DNA from: an uncultured delta proteobacterium
GTDB taxonomy: Bacteria > Myxococcota_A > Polyangia > Polyangiales > Polyangiaceae
DNA length: 64,000 nt
Direction: 5' to 3'
Assembly: GCA_963696385.1 (NCBI GenBank)
Contig: CAVOKF010000006.1
Location: 256,001 to 320,000 of the forward strand
The notes beneath the pieces are model-generated. The model searched no databases. It worked only from the letters and a program-made list of their open reading frames with translations, and was not told the origin of the DNA. A program made the translations under genes and the position numbers. Positions 40,492 to 49,109 of this stretch are shown here, piece after piece. The first letter of the stretch is position 1; each line of letters starts with the position of its first letter.

Positions 40492-42825
40492 TCACGCATC
40501 CCGGCCCCGCTTGAGGGCCGCCCGGAAATGCTCGAGCTGTTTGAGCGCGTCGTTCTTCAGCGCCCCCGAAGACCTGTCTGCCTTTGCGGCGGGCACCGCT
40601 TTGCCTGGCGGCGCGTCCTTTGGCTGCTCGGGCCGCGTGCGGTCGGCCCCCGTCTTCATCGTCAACGCGATTTGGTGCTTCGCGAGGTTGACCTCGAGCA
40701 CGCGCACGGTGACGCGATCGCCCGGGCTCACGGCATCGCGGGGGTCCTTCACGAACCGATCGGCGAGCTGAGAAACGTGGACGAGCCCATCCTGGTGCAC
40801 TCCGATGTCGACGAACGCGCCGAAGTGGGTCACGTTCGTGACGATGCCCGGGGCTACCATTCCCGGCGTCAGGTCGGTGATTTCGTGGATGTCGTCGCGG
40901 AAGCTCCATACGACGAACGAATCGCGTGGATCACGGCCCGGCCGTTCGAGCTCCTTCACGATATCGTCGAAGGTAAACTGCCCCACTTCGGATCGGAATT
41001 GAGCGTCGCGCTTGACGAGCGAAGCGCCCGGCCCGACCAAATCGCCCACGTTTTTGCCGAGGCGCGCCGCGAGGCGCTCAAGCACCGGGTACCGCTCGGG
41101 GTGAATCCCGGTGTTGTCCAGCGGATGCGCCGCGCCCGGGATGCGCAGGAACCCGGCGGCCTGCTCGAACACCTTGTCGGAGAAGCGCGGAACCGAGAGA
41201 AGATCGCGCTTCGTTTTGAAGACGCCCTTCTGCCGGCGGTGATCGGCGATGCCGCGCGCAAGCGACGAACCGATCCCCGCCACCTCGGCGAGCAAGTACG
41301 GCGACGCCGTGTTGACGTTGATCCCGACCGAGTTGACACTGCTCCTTACGACCGTCTCGAGGCTTTTCTTGAGAAGACCCGGTGTCACATCGTGCTGGTA
41401 TTGCCCGACGCCGATGCTCTTCGGGTCGACCTTGACGAGCTCCGCGAGCGGGTCCTGAAGTCGCCGGGCGATCGAGATGGCGCCGCGAATCGTGAGATCG
41501 AGATCCGGGAACTCCTCTCGTGCGACGTCGCTCGCGCTGTAGACACTCGCGCCCGACTCGCTCACCATCACGACGGGCAGACGCCCGAGCCCCATCTCTC
41601 GGAGCGCGTCTCGAATGAACGTCTCGGTCTCGCGGCCCGCGGTTCCGTTTCCTACGGCCACGGCCGACACGCTGCCGCCGACGACCGCCGAGCGTAAGAC
41701 CTCTTTGGCGGCCGCGCGCTCGCGGTCGGAACCGAGGTGGATGACGTCGCTCGTCACATAGGCGCCCGACTCGCTGACGACGGCGATCTTGCAGCCGGTG
41801 CGAATGCCGGGATCGACACCGAGGACGGACTTGGCCCCGTACGGCGATGCGAGCAACAGCTTGCGCAAGTTTTCCGCGAAGACTTGGGTGGCGGCCGCAT
41901 CGGCCGCGTCACGAAGCGCCCTGTTCACTTCGTTCTCGATGCTCGGCTGCACATAGACGCGCAGCGACAGGCGCGCCGCCCGCTTCATGACCTCGGCGGC
42001 CGGAGACGAAGGACGCGAGCACGCGGCACGCTCGAACGGGGCGACCAACTCCGTGTCGAACGTTTCGTTGCCGGGCGCGCCGCCGATCGACAGGACGAGC
42101 TCCTCTTCCAAGAATCCGCGACGCATGGCCAAATACCGGTGCGAGGCCTCCGGCCGTAAAAGGGAGCTTACGCGCTCGTGATAAGAGAAGTAGCGATCGT
42201 ATTTGCTGTTCGGCTTTGCCTTCTCGCCCTTTTCGGAGCGCACGAACCCGGCGTCGAAGAGAGCCCTCCGCACGTGCTCGCGAAGGTCGGCGTTCTCGGA
42301 GAGTCGCTCGGTGACGATATCGCGGGCCCCCTCGATCGCTCGATCGGTCGTCGTGACACCCTTTTCGGGGGAAAGGAACCCCGCGGCCTTTTCGACGAGG
42401 GAGACGGCGAGCGCCGCCTCTTCGTGGGAGACGCGCCACATCCACTCGGCGAGCGGTTCGAGCCCGGCTTCGCGCGCGACCGTCGCTTTGGTCTTGCGCT
42501 TCAGCTTGTAGGGCAAATAGAGGTCCTCGAGGCGTTCGAGATCGGTGGTCGAGAGAATCCTGTCTTTGAGCTCGGGGGTGAGCTTTCCTTGCCTTTCGAT
42601 CTCGTCGGCCACGAATTTTTTGCGATGCACGAGGGCGTCCCACGTCTCCTTCGCCTCGAGCACGCTCTGGATGGCGACTTCGTCGAGGTTGCCGGTCTGC
42701 TCTTTGCGGTACCGCGCGATGAAGGGCAGGGTGGCGCCGCCCTCCGAGAGGGCGAGGACCGCCTTCGCGGACGTCACCGGAAGGTTGGCGTGCCGCCGTG
42801 ACAACCAGTCTTCAAAGGTGAGCAT
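40492..42825 (-). CDS. tex: Tex transcription accessory protein (YqgF, HHH, S1 domains)
   Basis: Motifs PFIARYRKEQTG, DPGIRTGCK, ARRLQDPLAELVK, IGVGQYQHD, FVDIGVHQDGLVH. Confidence 0.95.
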   Translation of the reverse strand: MLTFEDWLSRRHANLPVTSAKAVLALSEGGATLPFIARYRKEQTGNLDEVAIQSVLEAKETWDALVHRKKFVADEIERQGKLTPELKDRILSTTDLERLEDLYLPYKLKRKTKATVAREAGLEPLAEWMWRVSHEEAALAVSLVEKAAGFLSPEKGVTTTDRAIEGARDIVTERLSENADLREHVRRALFDAGFVRSEKGEKAKPNSKYDRYFSYHERVSSLLRPEASHRYLAMRRGFLEEELVLSIGGAPGNETFDTELVAPFERAACSRPSSPAAEVMKRAARLSLRVYVQPSIENEVNRALRDAADAAATQVFAENLRKLLLASPYGAKSVLGVDPGIRTGCKIAVVSESGAYVTSDVIHLGSDRERAAAKEVLRSAVVGGSVSAVAVGNGTAGRETETFIRDALREMGLGRLPVVMVSESGASVYSASDVAREEFPDLDLTIRGAISIARRLQDPLAELVKVDPKSIGVGQYQHDVTPGLLKKSLETVVRSSVNSVGINVNTASPYLLAEVAGIGSSLARGIADHRRQKGVFKTKRDLLSVPRFSDKVFEQAAGFLRIPGAAHPLDNTGIHPERYPVLERLAARLGKNVGDLVGPGASLVKRDAQFRSEVGQFTFDDIVKELERPGRDPRDSFVVWSFRDDIHEITDLTPGMVAPGIVTNVTHFGAFVDIGVHQDGLVHVSQLADRFVKDPRDAVSPGDRVTVRVLEVNLAKHQIALTMKTGADRTRPEQPKDAPPGKAVPAAKADRSSGALKNDALKQLEHFRAALKRGRDA

Positions 42826-42852
42826 CCCGGGGGATGTTAGATCCCGGCTCAC

Positions 42853-44319
42853 GTGAAGACGAACGACGCGACTCGACTGCAGGACAGCGACGCGCGGGGC
42901 TGGGCTTGGGTGGACCGGGGTTGCCTCGCGCTCTGGGTGGTCGCCTTGTTCGCGGCGACGTGGCGCAACATGGATCTGCTCGGCGACAGCTTTTGGTCCG
43001 TAGCGACCGGTCAATGGCTGCTCGCGCACCGCCGGCTGCCCGTGGAGGATCCGTTCTCCTATACGGCCGAGCGCCCGTGGATCGTCCACATGCCGCTCAG
43101 TCAGGTCCTGTTCGCAACCGTGATGCAACGGTTCGGCGCCATGGGGCTGGTCCTCTTCGGGTCGCTCTTGTTTACCGGTGCGCTGCTCTTGTTGTGGCTT
43201 CCTCATGCGCGCGGCATCGCCGCGCGGATGGGGGTTTGGCCGCTGGTCCTATGGCTCGTTATCGAGCAAGCCGACGACCTGTGTGTACGCGGTCAGGTCT
43301 TCGGCGATCTCGGTTACGCCGTGCTGCTGCTACTTCTGTTCCGGATCCGGGATGGTCGAGCCGTTCACGGAGCGATGGCCATCGCACTCGGTTGCCTGTG
43401 GATCAACCTGCATGCGTCGGTCTTTCTCGCGGTCGTGATGCCGGTGGCCTTCGGCGCGGCCGTGCTGGCGGCGCCCGCGACGCGCCGACCGTCTTTGGGC
43501 CCCTGGATCCGTTTTTCGGCGCTCGCCGCAGCGGGCACGCTGATCAACCCCTACGGCATTCGCCTCGTCGGCGACCTCGTCACGCTGATGGGCGCCTCCA
43601 GCACGCATCGAATCGATCTCTTTCGGCCGCCGGACTTCGCCTCCCCGCGGACGTGGTTGACCCTGGCCCTCGTCGCTGGAATGATGATCGCGTCGCTCCG
43701 GTCACGGACGCCCGAGGCGGGCGTCCCCGAGGCCCTCATGCTCGGGGCGCTTCTTTTGGCCGGCTGTGCGGCGCGTCGCTATGAGCCGTTGGGGCTTGGT
43801 TTTTCCATCGTCGTCCTCGGCCGGATGCTCTGCAGACGGCTTTCGCCGGACGCGCCTTGGGGTCGAGCGTTCGCGCGCCCTGCGCGGCTCGGCATGGCCG
43901 CCCTGGCGGCGGCGCTCTCGTTTCGTGACGTTCGGGTCGACAAGGACCCCTGGCGCGACGTTCCAGTCGTCGAGGCGAGGCTGATCGACGAGCTCGGCCT
44001 GCCTGACCGAGTCGCGAACATCTACCCTTGGGGCGGCTATTTGGATTACGTCTGGGCGGGGCACAGGAAGGTCTTCATCGATGGGCGCAATCAGCTCTTC
44101 GATCGTCGCGTGTTCGACGACTCGGTCCGCCTCGCGTCGCTGGATGGGTGGGAGGCGATTCTCGACGAGTATGGCGTCAACACCGTGCTTTGGGAGCGTG
44201 GCAGTCCACTCGATCGGGCGCTCGCGACCCGTCCCGATTGGGTTCAGGTTCGGCGCGGTCGCATCGCCGTGGTCTACGTGCGCAAAAGCGCGCTCCGGGC
44301 GATGCCGCTTTCGCGCTGA
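42853..44319 (+). CDS. Polytopic membrane protein, GT-C-like glycosyltransferase candidate
   Basis: DSFWSVATGQW..P.EDPFSY, LWINLH, LINPYG, WGGYL and VFIDGR, with many TM segments. Confidence 0.7.
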   Translation: MKTNDATRLQDSDARGWAWVDRGCLALWVVALFAATWRNMDLLGDSFWSVATGQWLLAHRRLPVEDPFSYTAERPWIVHMPLSQVLFATVMQRFGAMGLVLFGSLLFTGALLLLWLPHARGIAARMGVWPLVLWLVIEQADDLCVRGQVFGDLGYAVLLLLLFRIRDGRAVHGAMAIALGCLWINLHASVFLAVVMPVAFGAAVLAAPATRRPSLGPWIRFSALAAAGTLINPYGIRLVGDLVTLMGASSTHRIDLFRPPDFASPRTWLTLALVAGMMIASLRSRTPEAGVPEALMLGALLLAGCAARRYEPLGLGFSIVVLGRMLCRRLSPDAPWGRAFARPARLGMAALAAALSFRDVRVDKDPWRDVPVVEARLIDELGLPDRVANIYPWGGYLDYVWAGHRKVFIDGRNQLFDRRVFDDSVRLASLDGWEAILDEYGVNTVLWERGSPLDRALATRPDWVQVRRGRIAVVYVRKSALRAMPLSR

Positions 44320-44586
44320 CCGGGCCATCGATTCTCGCCAGTGCGACCCATAGTCATTTGTTTACAAGTTCGGGCCCGCGGCTCGAAAAAACGAATGGAA
44401 CATCAATAGATTGGCGCGCGAAAGCGAAGAGGAGCCCAAGCGGCTGCAAAAAAAGCTATTGCCAATGCCACAGAACTGCGTAGAGGTTCGTTTTCGAGAG
44501 CAACCTCATCGGCAGCACTCCGAGGGTCAGGGCGAGTTCGTCCTTGCCCTGCGCTCTCGAGCTCACGTTGGAGGAGGGGTTCATCC

Positions 44587-46290
44587 ATGATTTCCAATCG
44601 TTTCACGACGTTCTTTGGGAGTGGTCGAGGCGTGCGGTGCGGCTTCACCTCTCCCGCTTCCCAAGGGTCGTTGACTGCGGCCTTGGGCTTCGTGGGATGT
44701 CTCGCCTCGGGCTGCTCGAGCACCACGGCGCCGGCTCAGGAGACCCCGACGTCCGATGCCTCTATGACCACGGCAAGCACGACCGGGACTGGAACTGGAA
44801 CTGGAACTGGAACTGGAACGGGAACTGGAACGAACGATGGTTCTGCGAGCTCCGCCTCGATGACGACGGCGTCGAGCCCCAGCGTCGCGGCCTGCCCGTC
44901 CGATGGCGGCACGTCGCTCTTGTCGTTCACGAACCAGACCTACTTGAACGACCCACGCACGCGGGCGACCGAGGCCATCTTCAGCGGCATCAATACGGTG
45001 GACGACCCCTATCTGCAGATCCTGCGCTTGCACAACGGGGGCACGAGCTCGGTCACGATCACGAGCGTCGGAATCGCTCCCCAGGCCACACTCTTTCCGG
45101 TCGCCTTCCGGCAAACCAGCAACCCGAGCGCGTTCAACGCCACGGTCGTGGCGACGTCGGATGCAGGGACGGACGCCGCTGCGACCGCGCTCACGCTGCC
45201 GCAGACGATCGCGGCCGGCGGCGATTTGGACATCCAGGTGCAGTTTCTTTCGACTCACACGAATCCGCCGACCCGTTACGACAACACCGGCGGCGACGCC
45301 GTGGCCGCACTGCTCGTCGCGCAGTCGAGCAGCGATTGCGTCCAGGCCGGGCTCTATGGCGTCGGGCTCTGGAACAACTCCGAGAGCATCAGCGATGCCG
45401 GTGTACCCTCGTCGAACTACGGGCGTTACGAGCCCACGCTCGGCCAGATCATCGCGACGCTCGGGTACCAGGTCAACGTGGGCATCCTTTTGCAAACGTT
45501 TCTCAACGTCAATCAGGTGAGCGCGCTGGCGATGGATCCTCCGCCCAACGGCGACACGCCCTCGGACGAAGTGATCGTCCAGGAATTCGTGCTCGCCGAC
45601 CCCACCCAGCCGGCCGTGCTGCTCGCCCCCGCCCGGTTCGCTCCGAAGTACAACTTCGCCTACGGGTGGTACCCCACCGGATCGATCGATGCCGGTGCCG
45701 CGCAACCCGCCGCCGCCGACGCGGAGCCTCCGCCCGCCGCCGTCCCCGCGAACTTCCCGGCGGGTCTGCAGTGGGTGGCCACGATGGAGAGTGTCGTGGG
45801 CAGCGACAACTATACGTCCGACCATAGCGAGATGGTCCTTCCACCCATCACCGGGACCAACCCCGCCGGGACCTTCATGCCCACGCCGGCAACGGCGAGC
45901 TTCGGCCTCTGGTGCTTCGGCAACCAGAGGACCAGCGGGTCCGCGCCTCTGAACGGCGATTACGACTATTCGCAGGACGATCTCAACGTCGTGACGCAAA
46001 CCGGCAACCCCCCGCTGCCCGAGGACCTGATCGAGGCGGGCGTCAACCACTTCGTGACGACGCCGGTGCACCGTTACCGCGTCTGGCCGCTCAGGGACCG
46101 GGGCGGCAACCTCGTCGCGAATTCGTATCTCATCGCTCTGGAAGAGGCCACCAACGACGACTTCCAAGACATGATCTTCACGATCAGCAACGTCAAGCCA
46201 TTCTCGGGGGTCCTCGATGCCGGAGCCGCTCCGGACGCTCAGACCGGTGCCAGCGGCGATGCGGCCGCCGATTCCGGTACCGAGCAGTAG
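44587..46290 (+). CDS. Surface lipoprotein with Ig-like (ASH-type) domain and acidic C-terminal module
   Basis: GGAGGAGG RBS, lipobox ASGC, (GT)n linker, LHNGGTSSVTITSV, and EEATNDDFQDMIFTISNVKP. Confidence 0.7.
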   Translation: MISNRFTTFFGSGRGVRCGFTSPASQGSLTAALGFVGCLASGCSSTTAPAQETPTSDASMTTASTTGTGTGTGTGTGTGTGTNDGSASSASMTTASSPSVAACPSDGGTSLLSFTNQTYLNDPRTRATEAIFSGINTVDDPYLQILRLHNGGTSSVTITSVGIAPQATLFPVAFRQTSNPSAFNATVVATSDAGTDAAATALTLPQTIAAGGDLDIQVQFLSTHTNPPTRYDNTGGDAVAALLVAQSSSDCVQAGLYGVGLWNNSESISDAGVPSSNYGRYEPTLGQIIATLGYQVNVGILLQTFLNVNQVSALAMDPPPNGDTPSDEVIVQEFVLADPTQPAVLLAPARFAPKYNFAYGWYPTGSIDAGAAQPAAADAEPPPAAVPANFPAGLQWVATMESVVGSDNYTSDHSEMVLPPITGTNPAGTFMPTPATASFGLWCFGNQRTSGSAPLNGDYDYSQDDLNVVTQTGNPPLPEDLIEAGVNHFVTTPVHRYRVWPLRDRGGNLVANSYLIALEEATNDDFQDMIFTISNVKPFSGVLDAGAAPDAQTGASGDAAADSGTEQ

Positions 46291-46357
46291 GCCGTTCGGG
46301 TCCGCGTGCGGCGCTGCTTTCCTAGCGCGCCGCCCGCGTCCGCCACAGACGATTTCC

Positions 46358-46445
46358 TTGGGGGCTTCGCCCCAAACCCCAATCGCCTCCCGGCGATTGA
46401 AGTACACCGCCCGGCTGGACCCCTTTGCTCAAGGGCGGTGTACTT
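46358..46445. repeat. REP-like palindromic element, copy 1 (possible bidirectional terminator)
   Basis: 13-bp stem aagtacaccgccc/gggcggtgtactt plus an aatcgcc/ggcgatt hairpin, lying between convergent genes. Confidence 0.75.
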
Positions 46446-47128
46446 TAGCTGCTGCCGTATTTGACGCCGCAACCGTAGGGCTTCGTTTCGCGCACGGGGA
46501 CCGGCCGATTCGCCTTCAAGGCGTCGAGCGCGTCGGTGACGTAGTTCACGAGCTTGCCGCCGGTCGGCGATTGGCCTTCGGCGTCGGGCGAATTGTCGAT
46601 GGCGCCGCGGTAGACGAGCGTCCCATGCGCATCGACGACGACCATATTCGGGGTGTTCGTGGCGCCGTACGCGTGCCCCACGCGTCCCGTCTCATCGAGA
46701 AGAATCGGGTAGGTCATCGCGTACTCTGCGGCGGCCTTTCGGTTCGCGTCCGCGCCGCTGCCCTGGTGGCCCGGGGCGGCCGAGTTGACCGCGAGCCAGA
46801 CGATGCCCTCGGAAAGGGCGCGCGCCGGCGCGTCCTTCAGCGACCCGACGGTGTGGGCCTTGCGGACGAAGGGGCAGCCGGGGTTGAACCACTCGAGCAC
46901 CACCGTCTTGCCCCTCAAACCCGACAGGGTGACGGCGTGACCCTCGAGATCCGAAAGCGTGAAGTCGGGGGCCGGCGAGCCGACGGCGGCTTGGGCCATC
47001 GAGGGACCGGGCGCTGCAGAGGCCACGGCGACCGGCGGAGCGGCAGGAGCCGGCTCCGGAGGGGTCGACGAGGGCCGGCTGCAGGCGGACGTAGCGAGCA
47101 CGACCGATGCGAGAAGAATGCGCGTCAT
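46445..47128 (-). CDS. Redoxin (AhpC/TSA, thioredoxin-like) lipoprotein
   Basis: Lipobox TSAC. Motifs APDFTL, LEWFNPGCPFV, YRGAIDN, KPYGCGVKY. Confidence 0.9.
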   Translation of the reverse strand: MTRILLASVVLATSACSRPSSTPPEPAPAAPPVAVASAAPGPSMAQAAVGSPAPDFTLSDLEGHAVTLSGLRGKTVVLEWFNPGCPFVRKAHTVGSLKDAPARALSEGIVWLAVNSAAPGHQGSGADANRKAAAEYAMTYPILLDETGRVGHAYGATNTPNMVVVDAHGTLVYRGAIDNSPDAEGQSPTGGKLVNYVTDALDALKANRPVPVRETKPYGCGVKYGSS

Positions 47129-47182
47129 GCCGGCGACTGTAGTGCGAATAGCGGCGGGCCGCATGGCCCGAGTGGAGGCGCG

Positions 47183-47240
47183 CTCCCGGCGATTGAAGTA
47201 CACCGCCCGGCGGATCCCTTGGGTCTGGGGCGGTGTACTT
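47183..47240. repeat. REP-like palindromic element, copy 2
   Basis: 29 bp identical to 46387-46415, with the same 13-bp stem and a different loop. Confidence 0.8.
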
Positions 47241-47257
47241 GAGGCGATGACGACGCT

Positions 47258-47581
47258 TTACTGCCCGACGACGACGGTGCAGGTCGTGCCGTAAATGCCG
47301 AGCACGCTGAAGATCTCGTGGTCCACGTACGCAACCTGCGCGATTCCACCCGCCGCCTTGGCGCTCGCAATCGAAGCGTCGCCGAGGGCCACGAGGCCTA
47401 GGATGGACATGGCACAGGCACGGCCCGTCTTCGTTCCGGTGCCCGGACCGACGGCACCCCCCATCTTGTAGCCGCTGTAGATCGCGCCGGCAGCCATGCC
47501 ATCCCCGCCTGTGACCGTTGCACAGCCGCTCATCGACGCCGCCACCATGGCCGCCGCCGCTACTTGAACGAACACTTTCAT
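47258..47581 (-). CDS. TRL-like family lipoprotein
   Basis: GGAGG RBS, lipobox MSGC, and GRACAMSILGLVALGDASI..AKAAGGI..VD..CTVVVG. Confidence 0.82.
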   Translation of the reverse strand: MKVFVQVAAAAMVAASMSGCATVTGGDGMAAGAIYSGYKMGGAVGPGTGTKTGRACAMSILGLVALGDASIASAKAAGGIAQVAYVDHEIFSVLGIYGTTCTVVVGQ

Positions 47582-47762
47582 GTGGAAACCCTCCGATAAT
47601 GAAAAAGAAACAAACCGATGCGCCAGCTTTAATCCCTTTGGAGGACAGACTCATCATTTTTCGGTGGGGCGCCCAGACCCGCGGCAGCGGCCGCGTCGGA
47701 CCCTTTCGCCGAACCGAGGCGCCAGGTGATCCCCGCCGCCCCCACAGGCCGCCGTCCCCGCG

Positions 47763-48065
47763 CTACGTCGTCGGGGTGCTCTCCGGGGTTCGCTTTCCGA
47801 GAATCAACGGAACTTCCTCGTCGACGTACCGCCGCAACTCCCTGGCGTACGGACTGGCTTCGGGAAGGTTGCCGCCGACGAGATCAAACGCCGTGTGGGC
47901 CCAGCGTTCGCGCAGTTCGAGCGGAACAACACTGGACCGCGAGCGACGCGACAACCAGAGCATCTGCATCGTCTCGAACATCACCCATGCGCTGGCGACG
48001 AGCGCATGGAACGCTGCGGCACCGATGTCTTCGGCAGAGGCCTCGAGCTTGAGAGAGAACGGCAT
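47763..48065 (-). CDS. Hypothetical protein
   Basis: Fills the gap, with non-Arg-biased composition; no recognisable motif. Confidence 0.35.
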   Translation of the reverse strand: MPFSLKLEASAEDIGAAAFHALVASAWVMFETMQMLWLSRRSRSSVVPLELRERWAHTAFDLVGGNLPEASPYARELRRYVDEEVPLILGKRTPESTPTT

Positions 48066-48155
48066 TGCCGGCAAGAGAACACGTGCGGCCGTGCGAGCCA
48101 AGGCGGAAGAGCGGCATGCGAGTCGGGCAAGTCGGCTTCAAGGCTGGGAGGCTTC

Positions 48156-49049
48156 ATGACCGCCCGGCGTCCGATTCTCGCGGTTCATGGCGGTGCCGGA
48201 CCCGCGTCGACCGAGGGGGAGGCGCACGTCGCCCGGGAGCACGCGCTCGTCGCCGCCCTGGGCGTGGGTTGGAACGTACTCGCGTCCGGCGGCCGCGCGG
48301 TCGACGCGGTCGAGCAGGCCGTCGCTTCGATGGAGCGGAGCGGGTGCTTCAACGCGGGACGGGGCGCCGTGGTCGATGCCTCGGGCGCCGTGACGCTCGA
48401 CGCCGCGATCATGGATGGTGCGACACGCGCCGCCGGCGCAGTGGGCGCGGTGGGGCGGATCGCGGCGGCCGTCTCCGCGGCTCGCCTCGTGATGGACCGG
48501 ACCCCCCACGTGCTGCTGGTGGGGCCCCTGGCCGATGACTTTGCACTCGCCCTGGGCGTTGCACCCGCGGCCGCTGGGTATTTCCTGAACGCCGGGGGTG
48601 GATCGGCATCGGGGGCGGTGCCCGGTACGGTCGGCGCCGTAGCGCTCGACTCGGCCGGCCATCTGGCGGCCGCCACGGCGACCGGCGGCTTATCCGGCAA
48701 GTTGCCGGGGCGGGTCGGTGACTCGGCCGTGGTGGGCGCGGGCACCTGGGCGGATCCCACTTGCGCGGTGTCCGCGACGGGCAGGGGCGAGTTCTTCATC
48801 CGTACGGCCTTCGCTCACGGCGTGGCCTGCGGCGTGTCCGGGCTCGGCCTGCCGCTCGCCGAAGCGGCAGGTCGCGCCCTGGCCGACGTCGTCGCGTTGG
48901 CCGGAAGCGGCGCGGCGGGCGGCGGGTGCATCGCCGTCGCCCGCGACGGGACGGTCACGATGCCCTTCTCGACGCCCTCGATGTACCGAGGGATCGTCGA
49001 CGGATCCGGATCACCGCGCGTCGCTGCGCTGGCCGACCCCCGCTTGTAG
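48156..49049 (+). CDS. iaaA: Isoaspartyl peptidase / L-asparaginase (Ntn hydrolase)
   Basis: Motifs AVHGGAG, FNAGRG, GTVGAVA (catalytic Thr), GRVGDS, SATGRGE. Confidence 0.9.
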   Translation: MTARRPILAVHGGAGPASTEGEAHVAREHALVAALGVGWNVLASGGRAVDAVEQAVASMERSGCFNAGRGAVVDASGAVTLDAAIMDGATRAAGAVGAVGRIAAAVSAARLVMDRTPHVLLVGPLADDFALALGVAPAAAGYFLNAGGGSASGAVPGTVGAVALDSAGHLAAATATGGLSGKLPGRVGDSAVVGAGTWADPTCAVSATGRGEFFIRTAFAHGVACGVSGLGLPLAEAAGRALADVVALAGSGAAGGGCIAVARDGTVTMPFSTPSMYRGIVDGSGSPRVAALADPRL

Positions 49050-49109
49050 CCATTCGAGAGTCAGAGGACATCCGCTAGGAGCGGTTCGCGTGGCGGAAAA
49101 AGGCCTTCG

